From assembly GCF_024521635.1 (NCBI RefSeq), contig NW_026250403.1:3100001-3164000 (forward strand): a DNA stretch of 64,000 nucleotides, given 5' to 3'. Each line of letters begins with the position of its first letter. Position 1 is the stretch's first letter. Under the pieces are notes generated by a model. The model was not told where the DNA came from. It searched no databases and saw only the letters and a list, made by a program, of their open reading frames with translations. A program made the position numbers and the translations under genes. Positions 38,842 to 50,800 of this stretch are shown piece by piece. Source of the stretch: Tricharina praecox. Its lineage: Eukaryota.

Positions 38842-41754
38842 TAGCCGCTGGAAGTGGTGCGCATGCGCATAGAATTTTCGTGGACAAAGGTTATATGTAC
38901 TATCAGAGAGAATTTGAATGACGATTGATTTGTTGTGGTGGGGGGTCTGGGTGTCTTTTTACACTTACCTATTTCTTTCTTATTACTTTTATTTTCAGTC
39001 ATCATTGCAGACGACCTTAATACCTGGTAGATCGTAGCAGTTGTGTACACTTTGCTTGTTTTTTGTTTTGTTTTAATGAATGGGGAGGGATGGATCAACG
39101 TCGGTGAGTGCGGGGGATGGATCACGGCATGGGATTTGTAGGCGGGAAGAACATGACTATGGGACACGGTTTCGCGATGAACACACGTCGGATTTGTCAG
39201 CTTAGCTTGTTGCAATATAAACTGTCTTCCTCCTCCTCCCACGCCCAGGCTCAGCGTGGTGCACTTTATAGGCATCGAATTTCTGTTTCCAGCACGGAAA
39301 AAACCCCGCGTGGTCTAGTGGTTTACTACCTAGGCCATGCAATTGGCGAGGGGAGTTGAGGGAAAGCTCCGGGCTCAAGTTTGGGTGAAAGACTCATCTC
39401 TTGGGGTTTTCCAAGCCACCCGCCGGGGGTGGTGATGGTTTTTGTTTTTATTTCTGGCGTGATGGAGGGAGCACTAGTTAGATATCACTCGGTCGTATCA
39501 CGTGACACGTATTAGTTATCTATCAGTTATCACGCGTCTGCCTGCCTACCCTAGACTGGCTCATTCCAGGCCTGGCACCACCATAGCTGTCACCATATCC
39601 CCATCTTATATTGAGCTCCTTTCTCTTCTCTAAGAAATTCATCTCATCATGATCATGTCGTATAGGTACTCTCTCCCATCGTATATCTCCAACAACACAC
39701 TTTATGCTACCGGCTGTGGAGGCGAGAATACATTTATTACTAAACGCCTATGTACTGACCCGGCTTCAATCCGACGGGCGGCGTGTCCGACATCGTGTAG
39801 TTATCGTGAGCATCGGATGAATCGGTGTATCCGGCCGCCCTCCTTTGTACTCGGGGGTAAGGAAAAGTCGGGGGAGGAGAGTGAACTCCAGGGGGAGAGC
39901 TCAGGGCTTGGCCCAGGACAACATCGACCATGACAACCGGCATTTTGCCAGTCCCGCCTTCGATCCAAATATCTTCGCTGCTATTCATCGGGCCCCGGCC
40001 TTGACAGCTACGCAAACCCTGAGACGACGATTCCTTTCGAGCACCATGCCGTGTGCGCTAGACTAGTTATGTTGAGGGTAGTACCGAGTGGAGGTATCTT
40101 TTGGAGAAGAGGAGGGCTACGAAGCGCCGCTACAGCGCAAAACCGACAACCCGAGCCTCTTCGGAGGCTCACTTTCAAAATATTGCGAGACGAGGGGATT
40201 TGGCTTGTCATTTCTGTATGGATTTGGTGGTGGAATTTCTTTGTCGAAATGTTGTATTGTAGATATCTCTATCGGCCATAACCTTCGGGTTCCATGCTGT
40301 ATGAACAATCAGTCAATCAATCAATCAATCGTCCGGAACATACCGAAGTCCGGAACAATCGCTCGGCCTCGCCGCGGTGTCGCCCGACGCCCGCACCGTC
40401 GAAGCCGACAATTATTCGGCGTTTTCTCGCAGCTGGGTATGATATGTACATCGACGCGGTCTCGAGACTCGAGATTCGAGACCGCACGGAGCAGAGCCGT
40501 GTCCGGTCGACGCCTTTTATATGTACCGGTATGTCCCGCTGCTCCTCGTCGGGCCAATTGCGCCACCCAAGCGCCTCGACATACTCTAGTAGTGAGACAC
40601 CGTAAAACGCCGCGCGTCTGCGGCAAAACCCCATCGACCTACTCTACTCTAGAACCCGGGTCGAAGTCCGTCCGTCCGTCCGTCCCTCGGAACGGAATAT
40701 CATTTCCCCTCCCCCTCCCTCCCTCGCCCCACTTCTTTCTCAACAGATCTCTACCCCCCACCCCCCCCCCCCCACACACACACACAGCACCCAGCAATCT
40801 ACCGAAAATCGCGTCCACGTCCAGCGCGGCAGTCTGCCACGACTTGGCCTTGCATGAAAGGATCCCCGCACTTCGCCAACACACCAACCCCTGGCCCCCC
40901 CCGGTCCCTGGGCCAACTCATTCACGGCGACGGACCACGGACACTGACGACTCGCACTCACCAACCACCCACCTTCCCCCGCCAGCAACCACCACCGCAA
41001 AAAGAGAAAGAGAAAAAAGAAAGAAAAAAGATGGAGACCTAACCGGGACTACCTGACCGGGCGGCCCTGGGAAGTTGGGATGAACTGCTTGCTGTTAATA
41101 CTTAGTTATGGATTCGTGAATCGTCGTGCTGCGATGCATGAGCTCTCACTCGGGGTATTGGAACTGCACGGCGGTTTTCCTCCCCCACTACATACGGCCA
41201 CGGCCACGGTTACGCCGGCGATGCGGTGAACGTTGATCATTCGATATGTAGGTAGACACATAAGCGTCGAGAAAAACAAGAAGATGAAGAATAAGAAGAA
41301 GAGATATTGCCAATGCCAAAGCGACCGTCCGTATGTGAAAACTCCCAAACCCCGTGCACCATGCCCACAAAAAAACAAACAACCATCAGAAGAGGAAGAA
41401 GACGAGCGGCCCGTTTTTCTGTCGATCGGTCCATAACCCGAGGAGCGGATAGCACCTACAGCCTCAAAACGATCGGAAGAAAGAAAGAAAGAAAGAAAAA
41501 AATGGAAAATCATGTACAAGAAACGCCCCATGCTCCCACCGGCTCATGGCCATACAGCTAGCTAAAGCAGCATGGCCCTCGCCAGGTAGGGCTGTAGGAA
41601 TAAGAACATATCCAAAAGGCGCAGACCAATCGTGTCCTCGCCGACCCGCACACACACAAAGTCCAAACAATCAACATCGACATCAACAAACGCATCATCA
41701 TCGCGAGCTCAACTCCGCATACCTACCTACCTACCGCCACGTTCACGGATCAGT

Positions 41755-42092
41755 TCAGGTACTTCGCCCCGCCCAAACACCGACGCCCTGGCCTACAATA
41801 TGCGTGGGCACGGCGCCCTGTCCCTCGGAAACGCTAAGGTTGCGGCAGATGAGATATGCCTTCATGGCGGCGGCCTCCTTCGCCAGGTCCTCGGTCTCGT
41901 ACGTGTTCTCGGTCACGTACTCGCGGTGGTTGACCGACACCGTGCAGGCGTACCCGCAGTTGTCGTACGAGATGCATTTGTACAGCGGATCAGTCCAGCG
42001 GCGGCGACGGCAAAGGCCTAATCCGGTCAGTGGGGGAACGGAAGGGTGGGACGGCTGGAATGCTTACTGGAGAGGTACAGAATGTAGTACAT
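41755..42092 (-). CDS. Small dsRNA-binding-domain-like protein, paralog 1 (95 aa)
   Basis: Exon 1 42092-42068, intron 42067-42018 (GTAAGC..CTGAC..TAG), exon 2 42017-41755. Product: MYYILYLSSLCRRRRWTDPLYKCISYDNCGYACTVSVNHREYVTENTYETEDLAKEAAAMKAYLIC. The L..LC....W..P.Y / Y.C.V.V / AKE.AA.KAY pattern is typical of the dsRBD alpha-beta-beta-beta-alpha fold. Confidence 0.85.
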
Positions 42093-43829
42093 GGTGAAAT
42101 GTGGAATATGTAGATATGCTGATATGCAAGGGACGGGGAAGGTGAGCGGTCGGATATTGAATCGGCCAGATGCAATGTTGCGTGCCGGAGGCGATGGAGG
42201 TGGTCTCGGATCTGGTTTTTCTTGAAGATGCAATGCCACTTGGGGGGAACCGGACGGACGTCTACGCAAGCTTTGATCTGGAGGAAGGTGGGATGGATGG
42301 GTGGATAGACGGGTAGATGTGTGTGTGTGTTTGTGTATATGTGTGTGTGGGGGGAGTGTGAGTGTGAGGGTGTGCGTATGGATGGGTAAGCACTTGAAAG
42401 CCGGCTTTGAGGATGAGTGTGTGAGATTGAACTGCTGGCAGGATTGTGTTGGATGGAAAGATGCGAGGGCGGGGTGGGAAGAAGTAGTTGTAGTCCAGTC
42501 CAGTATCCTTCGATTGGACTGAGTACGGAGGAGGTGGAGGACGACGAGGAGGAGGCACGATGGAGCTAGCTGCACTGGAGAAAAGTGTCGCAGATGGTGC
42601 CCCACAGGTCGAATATAACGTCCTTGGTTGCGGAGCGGCATGTGCGGGGAGGGGGTGAGTGATTGAGACGTGGTATGAGTATCCCACATCCTACATCCCA
42701 CATCCCACTACACGTCCTAAAGGAGGGGAGGCCGATCCGGGCTCCAGGAAGCTCCGTGTGGTGTAATCGATAGCTATGGACCCAGAGAGAAGCCAGCCAG
42801 CCAGCCAGCCAGCCAGCATGGCATGAAGTCTGTGCGCTTGTGCTTCTGCATGGTGGCCGCCGATTTGCCCATGAGCTATACCGGTCTCGTATCGTCTGGT
42901 CGGTAGTAAGGTCGTTCTAGCGTAGGCGTGGTGTAGTGGCACCCTTCCCCCAGACTCCACGCCGCGAATGAGAGCGGCGATAATCCAACATGCGACTGCC
43001 TCTCATGATTTGTCTCGTCGCCCCAGTCAGCCGTGACCTCTCGACTACATCCATCCATCCATACATCCATCTATCCATCCATCAAGCCATCAACCAAGCC
43101 ATCAACCAAGCCATCAATGATCAATCCATTCCCTCCCGCCACCGACTGCCTGCCGGCCGACCAGATCGCACCATCTCCCAGCTTCAATGATAATTCATGA
43201 AACCGGCAGGTCGGTCGAGATGAAGAGACGAACGAGCAAACGGAACATATCTCTTTCCAGAGAGCTGCATTGGATGATTGACATAGGATGTAGGTATACA
43301 GGCAGCTATCATCCGGAACGTGTGGACAAAAACCCTCACGCACACACCTCCCCTTCTCTCTTTCTCCCTCTCTCTCCATCTACCTCTCTCTCTCCCTTGT
43401 CCCCTCATGGCCGCTTCGGCAGACTAGCAGATTACTGGTCAGCGATAGTACACGACCCACAACCGCCCACGGAAAATTGATGATGCTCATATGTACAGTA
43501 CAAAGCTGTCGACCTTGCATGGCAAAGTTGGGTCTCCCAAATTTAGCTAGGATTGAGTAGTAGGTGTTGATGTGTGCGTTTGCATCGTTCGAGAAGGTGC
43601 AACGATTGCCGGTCGGTGATCATCCACAGCTACTACTGCTGCTGCTAGGTACTGCTACTGCTACTGCTACTGCTACATACTGCTAGCTGCACGGACAGTT
43701 CGAGTGTCCGTGCACTGCTGGTACACACACGATCTGGCTGTGGTCCAAGCTTGCCCTGCCCTCCCCACTAGGGCTTGCCGGGATGAGGATCTGGAGCTAC
43801 ATACCCACTCTGGAGCTATGGTTGGGGAC

Positions 43830-44592
43830 ATCTAGACCCGGAGTGTTTTCATTCCCACTTTTGACGTTCGGTTAGTTCACAGCAACAACCTAATTAAAAA
43901 AAAGAACTCTTTACAACGACAGAGAAGAGGAATGAGATAATTTTCAAAGGGCCCTTTTTTTTTTAAAGGGCGTGGTTGAGTGGCAACCAAAATCCAAAAT
44001 AAATATACGAAAAATGATTTTGCATGGGGAGGCCCCGGGAATGTCCAGGGGCAAGGCTGCCACAGCCCGGTCTTAGCACGGCTGAGTTTCCGATTATGAG
44101 GTCTTGGCACGCTTGATTACCCGATAGGGACGTCTTGGCAGCACAATATGGTGGCTAATTGTTGTGACAAAGAATATTAAGTACATAAATGGAAAACAAT
44201 TACCTAAAGTTTGCTACAATTCCAGCTTATCGCTAACCTGTTGATGAGCTTTGTATATCTGCGCCTTGGAAAATGGGCAAGAACTGGCGGAGAAATTGTG
44301 ATTTTCGGTCCCGGCGGGGCCATGGAGCTCTGGAGTTGGCAGCGGACGCCTGGCCAACAGCATCGGGCAGGTGAAAAAATGGTACTGATGGAATGAGGGC
44401 ACCAGTGGGGTCCAGATGAGTGTTTGATCGAAGAAAACGGGTAAAAACTGGCCGAGATATTGGGATTTTCGGTCCCTGCGGGGCCATAGAGCGTGAAAAA
44501 ACATATTAAATAAATTTAATAAATTCCAATATATTACCGCATTTAGATTTTAATTCCCCCCGATCCGAATGTCCACTTACCCCGGCACTAGA
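43830..44592. mobile_element. Possible non-autonomous DNA transposon remnant
   Basis: Abruptly AT-richer island with an internal direct repeat GATTTTCGGTCCC.GCGGGGCCAT.GAGC (~44300 and ~44464) and weakly complementary ends (TCTAGACCCGG..CATTC vs GAATG..CCCCGGCACTAGA). Confidence 0.3.
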
Positions 44593-47120
44593 TATCCCCA
44601 ACCATATAATATGTTAGTATGTATTGTACATCATACTCTAGAGCAAGAATCCGAGAGGGCTGCTGTACTCGTGTATGTGTGTATATAGTAAGACTAGCTT
44701 TCTGCGAAGGCACGGTGCAGAGTAGATGATGCATCCCCGCAACGTGAATTACGATGCAGGATATATATCTAGCTAGAGGAGAGACACGCACGGAAAGATA
44801 GTTTCGAGTGGGGATGAAATGAAACCCAACTTCATTAGTGGCGAGGTAACCCCAGACGCAGAGCATACATAGTAGAGTACCACGAGTACATGCACTTTCG
44901 AATTCCAAATATTGCGGTGCGTGCAAGAAGCAGCAGAGCTCACATGGGCACGTTATGTACACTTTTTTTTCTTTAGTCGGTTCACTTTTTGGCGTGCTGC
45001 TGATGCACTGGCGCAGCAAAGCAAGTAAGGAGGGAGAGACTACCGGAGTGAGCAGATACTACTACCTCATCGCCACTTCTCGTGGGGGCTTTCCTTTGTT
45101 CGTTTCTTCTCCTGCTTCGATCCTGATCCAGGCCAGCACGGTGATTTGCCGCCGAAGGGCGGGGGGCAAACGATACAGACGGCTCCGTTGACCCCTTCAC
45201 GTTCATCTCCATACCGTACCGTAGCCATCTTCTGGAGTAAGTTATGATATACGCAGAAACGACTCCTTGGCTGCACTGATGAGTTGGCACCGATGGCGGT
45301 TAGTTAGTTAGCCCTTTCGTTCTTTCCTCCTGGTCGACGGGGGGAGGGGGGGGGGCGCCGCTGACGAGTCGGAGAAAACCCCTGGGACACCAACTCGCAT
45401 GCGAACCCACGAGCGGATCTGCATCATCGACGTGGAGTAGTTTGAAGAAGTTTGCAGCCCAGCAATTGGTTTCCGCCGAGATCCTTGCGAGACGAAACAT
45501 TCCACTCCTTCGTTGTTGTCGTCGTCTTTGTTGTTGTAGTTGGTGGTGGTGGTGTTGTTGGTGTTATTGACTTGTTGTCAGACAATCCCCCCTCCCCCAA
45601 TGGATACCAATATGCCCTCGATGTTTCCTCGGCCGCTACTCGCTCGCTCATCGCTCACTCCCATCCTTCGTCCAGGCCACATATCCAGCGGCCAGCGGCC
45701 AGGATGGCGATTCGTCTGGTTGGTGGTCGGAGGTCGGTGGGTCGGGCACCCGCCTTTCCTTTCCTTTCCATTCCATCTCTCGCCAGGAACCCCCTCGCCC
45801 CCAGGGCCCACATACGTGAACGAAGGAGATTCGTCCGAACGGTTCGTGTGCTGCTCGGGAGGCTCCTGCAGGAAGGCTGAGGTGTACGTTGCCGATGCGG
45901 TCTAGCTGGGGCAGTGGATTGTGACAGCTGGTAATTAGGTAGGGTATATTTGTGTCCATCGGTCCATGATTCGTCGAGCGCCGTTGGCAGTGCAGGACAC
46001 GAGAGGAAGGGAAGGGAGCTAGAGTACATACGAAACAAAAGAGAGGTTCTGACGAATTAGATGGGTGCATGCTATGCCCTCGCCGCCATGCTCGCCATGC
46101 GAAATAGATACCGTACATACTTGGTAAGTAAGAAGTAAAGTATGTAGGATGTGTGTATGTGTGTATGATACCTACAATAGATATGCGCTCGCAGAGTCGC
46201 AGCAAGCAGAAAAAAAGAACGAATGCATGGACGACGAATGACGCAGCCCGTTCCTGGGAACGAACCGTGCCTCGGCTGATGCGGTCACCACCTAGTGGGG
46301 CGCTACACTGCGTAATCTAGGGTAGGTTCCCGCATAAAAGCGTCTAGGAAATGCACGCAGATGGAACTGAACCTGAACCTGCCTCACGACGCATTTGCCT
46401 TTCCGGGTCCGATACAGCAGAACCCGGACTTAGCGTTGCCGTCGGGAGCAGAGCGCGAGAGAGAAGCTGGGCTAGAGTAGGTACCTATGATATGACCGAG
46501 AAGATCGACAGGAGTGTGTGTAGATACTAGAGATCCCCCACATGCATGGCGGTGGGTGGGTGGCGTAGAAATTAGAGTATCTCTACTATGACAACGGCCT
46601 TCCCCCCCTCCGCTTTCCAGTCCAAGTGGAGTGGAATTGTCCCGAGAGAGAAAAACAAATTTGCACGTCTCTTGCCTAGCTATTACCGTGTTCGCCAGCG
46701 GGCGGGTTCCCCACGATACCCAGATTCACATGTAACTGCACCGAAGGGACCACAATTTGAAGCGGAAGCCGACAGCAGACTAACGAGAAGAAGCCGACCA
46801 ATTGAAGGACGGCGTAGAGAAAAGAAAAAGGATAGAGTGAGCCGTTCCGTAGAAAAAAAACAAAGTGTAGAAATAAAGGAAAAAGCAGGAAAACGATAAG
46901 TATCTAGACCCACACGACCTCCTGTCCAGTACATACCAGAACCGCCACCACAAGTCCTCAGCAACCGACTGCTGCACGTGTGGCTGCATGCCCTTGCATA
47001 CTAGGTATGATATGTAGTCGTTCACAGCCGTGGACGTAACCGGTAATCCGCAAAGCCGTAGTCGGAACGCGTGCGAGACCCTCTCACATCCGAACGGTCC
47101 AACGGAAAAGCAACCGTGGT

Positions 47121-47544
47121 CTAAATGCTCAGGGCTTCGTATGCTTTCTTTGCTGCCCGTTCCTTGGCATTTTCCTCGGCTCTGTAGACGTATGCCGTCT
47201 CGAAGTCGCGGCCACCGACGTTCACGATGCACGAGTACAAGCACTGTGTGGCGGTCGGTGCCGTACGTCCACCCGCCAGACCGGGGGGGTATGGGTCCAA
47301 TGCGATGTTGCCGCCGTTGTGCTCGAATACTTCATACACGGGTGCTGATAACCACTGGGTGGTGCATACGACTGGGAAGGACGTGTCAGAAAGGATGCCA
47401 ATTTGCCAAACTCAGGCCCAGATTCAATCCGTAATGCATGGCGGATACATAACGCAGTTCGGCTGATGATGGAGATTGTACAACGTGGAGAAACAAACCT
47501 TGTAGCAGCGACTGCCAATAGGTCCCAGTGTGTGAAACGGGCAT
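47121..47544 (-). CDS. Small dsRNA-binding-domain-like protein, paralog 2 (98 aa)
   Basis: Exon 1 47544-47499, intron 47498-47372 (GTTTGT..CTGAC..CAG, phase 1 as in paralog 1), exon 2 47371-47121. Product: MPVSHTGTYWQSLLQVVCTTQWLSAPVYEVFEHNGG...LYSCIVNVGGRDFETAYVYRAEENAKERAAKKAYEALSI. Confidence 0.75.
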
Positions 47545-50500
47545 TTCTGAGTTCGCTCTGATACTGCCAACAGCTTCTTGCTAGCCCTGAGAAGGTAGTA
47601 GGACAAATTCCAATAAGCATCTCCCTTTATCAATACCACCTAGAGCCTTGGGTTCGGAGACGTCTTGCGACTGGAACTGGTCGCTAAGGTTGAATGCCTG
47701 CCGACAATCCGCCTGAGCTGGGTGCCGAGCCTGGTAAATGATGGACAGTGGCCGCGACGCGCACTGGGTGGACAGAAGAGAAGGGAACGCCAATCACATC
47801 TCAAAAGCCCCCCCCTCCCCCTCCGAGGATAGCCAGCCGGTCCAGACTCCCCGGAAACGATAGAACGAGGGGGGCAAAGAGAGGCTGCAGCTGCAATAAT
47901 TGGAAAACCCGACTTGCACCTTTAGTTCTGTCGTAGTTCCCGGAAGAAGATATCCCGCATGATCAGTTGCCGGAATCCTTGATTGGGAAAGATGAAGATA
48001 CGATGTGGCCCGCTCAATGGAAAGATAACAGCTGTAGCGCAGAGTTGAGGGGATCCCGAGAAGCCCACGACCTTTCGGACCGAACACTGAACAGTAGGAC
48101 TGCAAAACTGACCGCAGACCTCAAGATACCCTCGTATTCAGACTCTGGGCTCCGAGCGTAGACCAAGCCGGGACGGGGTGTTTAGGATCGCAACTGCATG
48201 TCCAAACATGTTTCGATTGGATATTGCACCATTTCCAGCCAATTGTAGAATCAATGGTGCGAATATCCTTGTGTCCCGATAACAGCGTTCACAGGAGCGT
48301 TCCAGAAAGAATCCACGGCTCATACTGCAACACGTAACGGACAAGGGAACAGCGATGCTGCAGTCATTCCTCAGAAAACCTGCGCTGTCAGGACAAGACA
48401 GCAGTTGCACCCCGGCCACTGTGGTACATCATCGCGCATAGTCCCCACAGCAGTAGTGAAACTTAATGCTGCAGCGTAGTATCGCCGTATCCGACGACGA
48501 CAATAGATAGACGATGGGAAGCCATGCTGTGCTGTGACGGAGTACCGGGGCAAGATTTCCGTATCGATATATCATACGTGATATGCCGATTGTGGGCGTT
48601 CTCTGCCTGTGAGGTTGACGATCCGATTCCGACGGCCGTCTCTGCCGCCCCACAGCCTCGCCGACAGCCTGGATTTGAATCATATCGGCTATGTTAGGCC
48701 TGCAATAACCAACTCCAGGTGAAGAAGCGAGCACGAGAAGTGTATGGAATCCGATCCAGTGACAGCCAGAGAATCGCTACGATCGCCCGTTAGTGCTGAC
48801 TTATCGAAACCAGCAATATACCTATCAGAGAACTGGATCAAGTGGGGAAAAAAAGAGTTACCTACAAATTGTTTCATGAAGACCGCGTCTAGCTTGCATG
48901 CGTCACTGCACGCTATCTTGGTAGGCTGATAGATCGACGAGTGAAGGTGGACAACGCAGAACTGCCCTACCATCGTGCATCGCCGGGAGAGTTGCAAACG
49001 GAAGTGAGACAACCAAAGGGCGCATGCGGCCTGGTCCCGTGGTGTGATGGATAACTACTTCCCTGTGGTCTGCAGGACTGCAATTCGAAAGGAAAGCAGC
49101 AGCAGCATGCACGTAACCGGTACATATGTACGACTAATGTAAGGACGAAGCATTGCAGGTGCTGCCTAGAGGAATTTCGAGGCCGAGACGGAGGTTTGAA
49201 GTCTTTGTCGAGCGGGGTAAGAATTCCCATGTACATACTTGCAACCCGCGGATCGGGACACAATCTCTTCGAGTGAATGTTCGGATTTGGAGAGCCGGTT
49301 CGGCGTTTTCCTTCCGGTCCGTACAGCCGAGCCTTCATACGGTGCAGGCGTGGTGCTTTCTTTTTTGCCATTGATAGCGGTTTGCACAGCGGGGCAAGTA
49401 TAGGTACCCCTCTTCAACAACGAAGACAGACTCACGACCTCAGCTGCCTGCGCGGGAGGGGGGGATATCGAAAGCACCCACGCATCTGTATGCGCGTGGT
49501 TGCGCGAAGAAAAAAAAACACCTTTGCCCTTACCTCTTGGTTGCGCCACTACCATTCAGCAAGTCGACAGGCAATATTAGCCGTGCTAATGATGATGGTG
49601 GTGGTGGTGGTGGTGTTGGTGTTGGTGTTGGTGTTGAACACGGACTTCTGCACTATACCCAGTGCCATCCCGAATAGGTCATCGCAGGCGCCAGAGCAGT
49701 TCACGACAACAGCATGTGCTGAAGAGTTGTCCAAGCGTCAGCAGCTCTTCATCAGAACATGTTGCGGTGGGCAGAAGATCATTCCACAAATCTGAGAATC
49801 GAATGGATGAGGAGAGGCGAGAACATCAAGTCCGTGCGCGGTGACCCAGACCCCAGTATGGACTTATCTGGTATGCTAAGAAGGAAGGGTTGCTGTGCTG
49901 CGGTTGTGAGGAATTTGTCGTTTCCCCTTTAGAGGAAGGTCCAATCGCGGTTGTGAAGTTCGTCGTTGCTGCTAGCAGGATCTGTATTGGGGCCCGGGGG
50001 GTTCAACAGGCCAATGAGGGCGATGGGACCAGTTGGCAGACAGGACATGACTTCGTTGAATATTCGTAAAAGTATGAGAGCTCCTCAATGTGCAACAGGT
50101 AGAATTACTCCAGACCCAACGGGAAAATTGGTGCCAAACACGCTTCCTCGCGAAGAGTTCCCTTCAAAACTCGCCCTTCGAATCGATGAATCTGAATTTC
50201 GCCCTTGCTCGAAAGACTTTGCGCGCGGATGGATATATGCACGAATGTATGGGATCTTGACCAAGGGTTTTCTGCAGTTGTCACCCGAGATGGAGACGTC
50301 TCGTATGTACGTATGTACAAGGAGGAAACGGATACTCGTCCAGTAGTATGTTGACCATGGCGGATGTTTCGTACCGACGCTGACCGAAGCCGTACACACA
50401 AAACTCGGTCCATCGTCGACCAAACCGTGCCGCAAATATCTCCAGGCGGCGACTACCACACGAGGTAGCGAATCGAAAGATCTGAGAATCTGAAGGGATG

Positions 50501-50666
50501 GGTGGATGTTAAACGGTCATATTCTTAAAGGGATACCGGAAGTCCAAACAAAAGGCGATCTGCAGTAAGCTGGTGTGGAGACGGATGCAACAATTCGAGA
50601 TTCCAGGGCCATAGGGCCCTTAAAGAAAACACCGGAGTGGCATGGAGGGTGAGGTCCTATGGCGAG

Positions 50667-50800
50667 GCCCAGAGCCCAGAGCCCAGAGCCCAGAGCCCAG
50701 AGCCCAGAGCCCAGAGCCCAGAGCCCAGAGCCCAGAGCCCAGAGCCCAGAGCCCAGAGCCCAGAGCCCAGAGCCCAGAGCCCAGAGCCCAGAGCCCAGAG
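50667..50800. repeat. Perfect (GCCCAGA)19 heptanucleotide minisatellite
   Basis: Read directly from the sequence; ~134 bp. Confidence 0.97.

Noticed and set aside
39078-39370. Polypurine-tract-like GGGGAGGGA / GAGGGGAG after the gag
   Set aside because: The sequence following them has no matching copy upstream of the gag, so no LTR pair can be supported.
40088-41056. 322-aa ORF
   Set aside because: GTG start, low complexity, runs through simple repeats, no recognisable family.
47372-47438. Alternative start MHYGLNLGL for dsRBD paralog 2
   Set aside because: It needs a 40-nt intron with a weak donor. The 47544 start gives a better donor and a helix-1-like YWQSLLQ.
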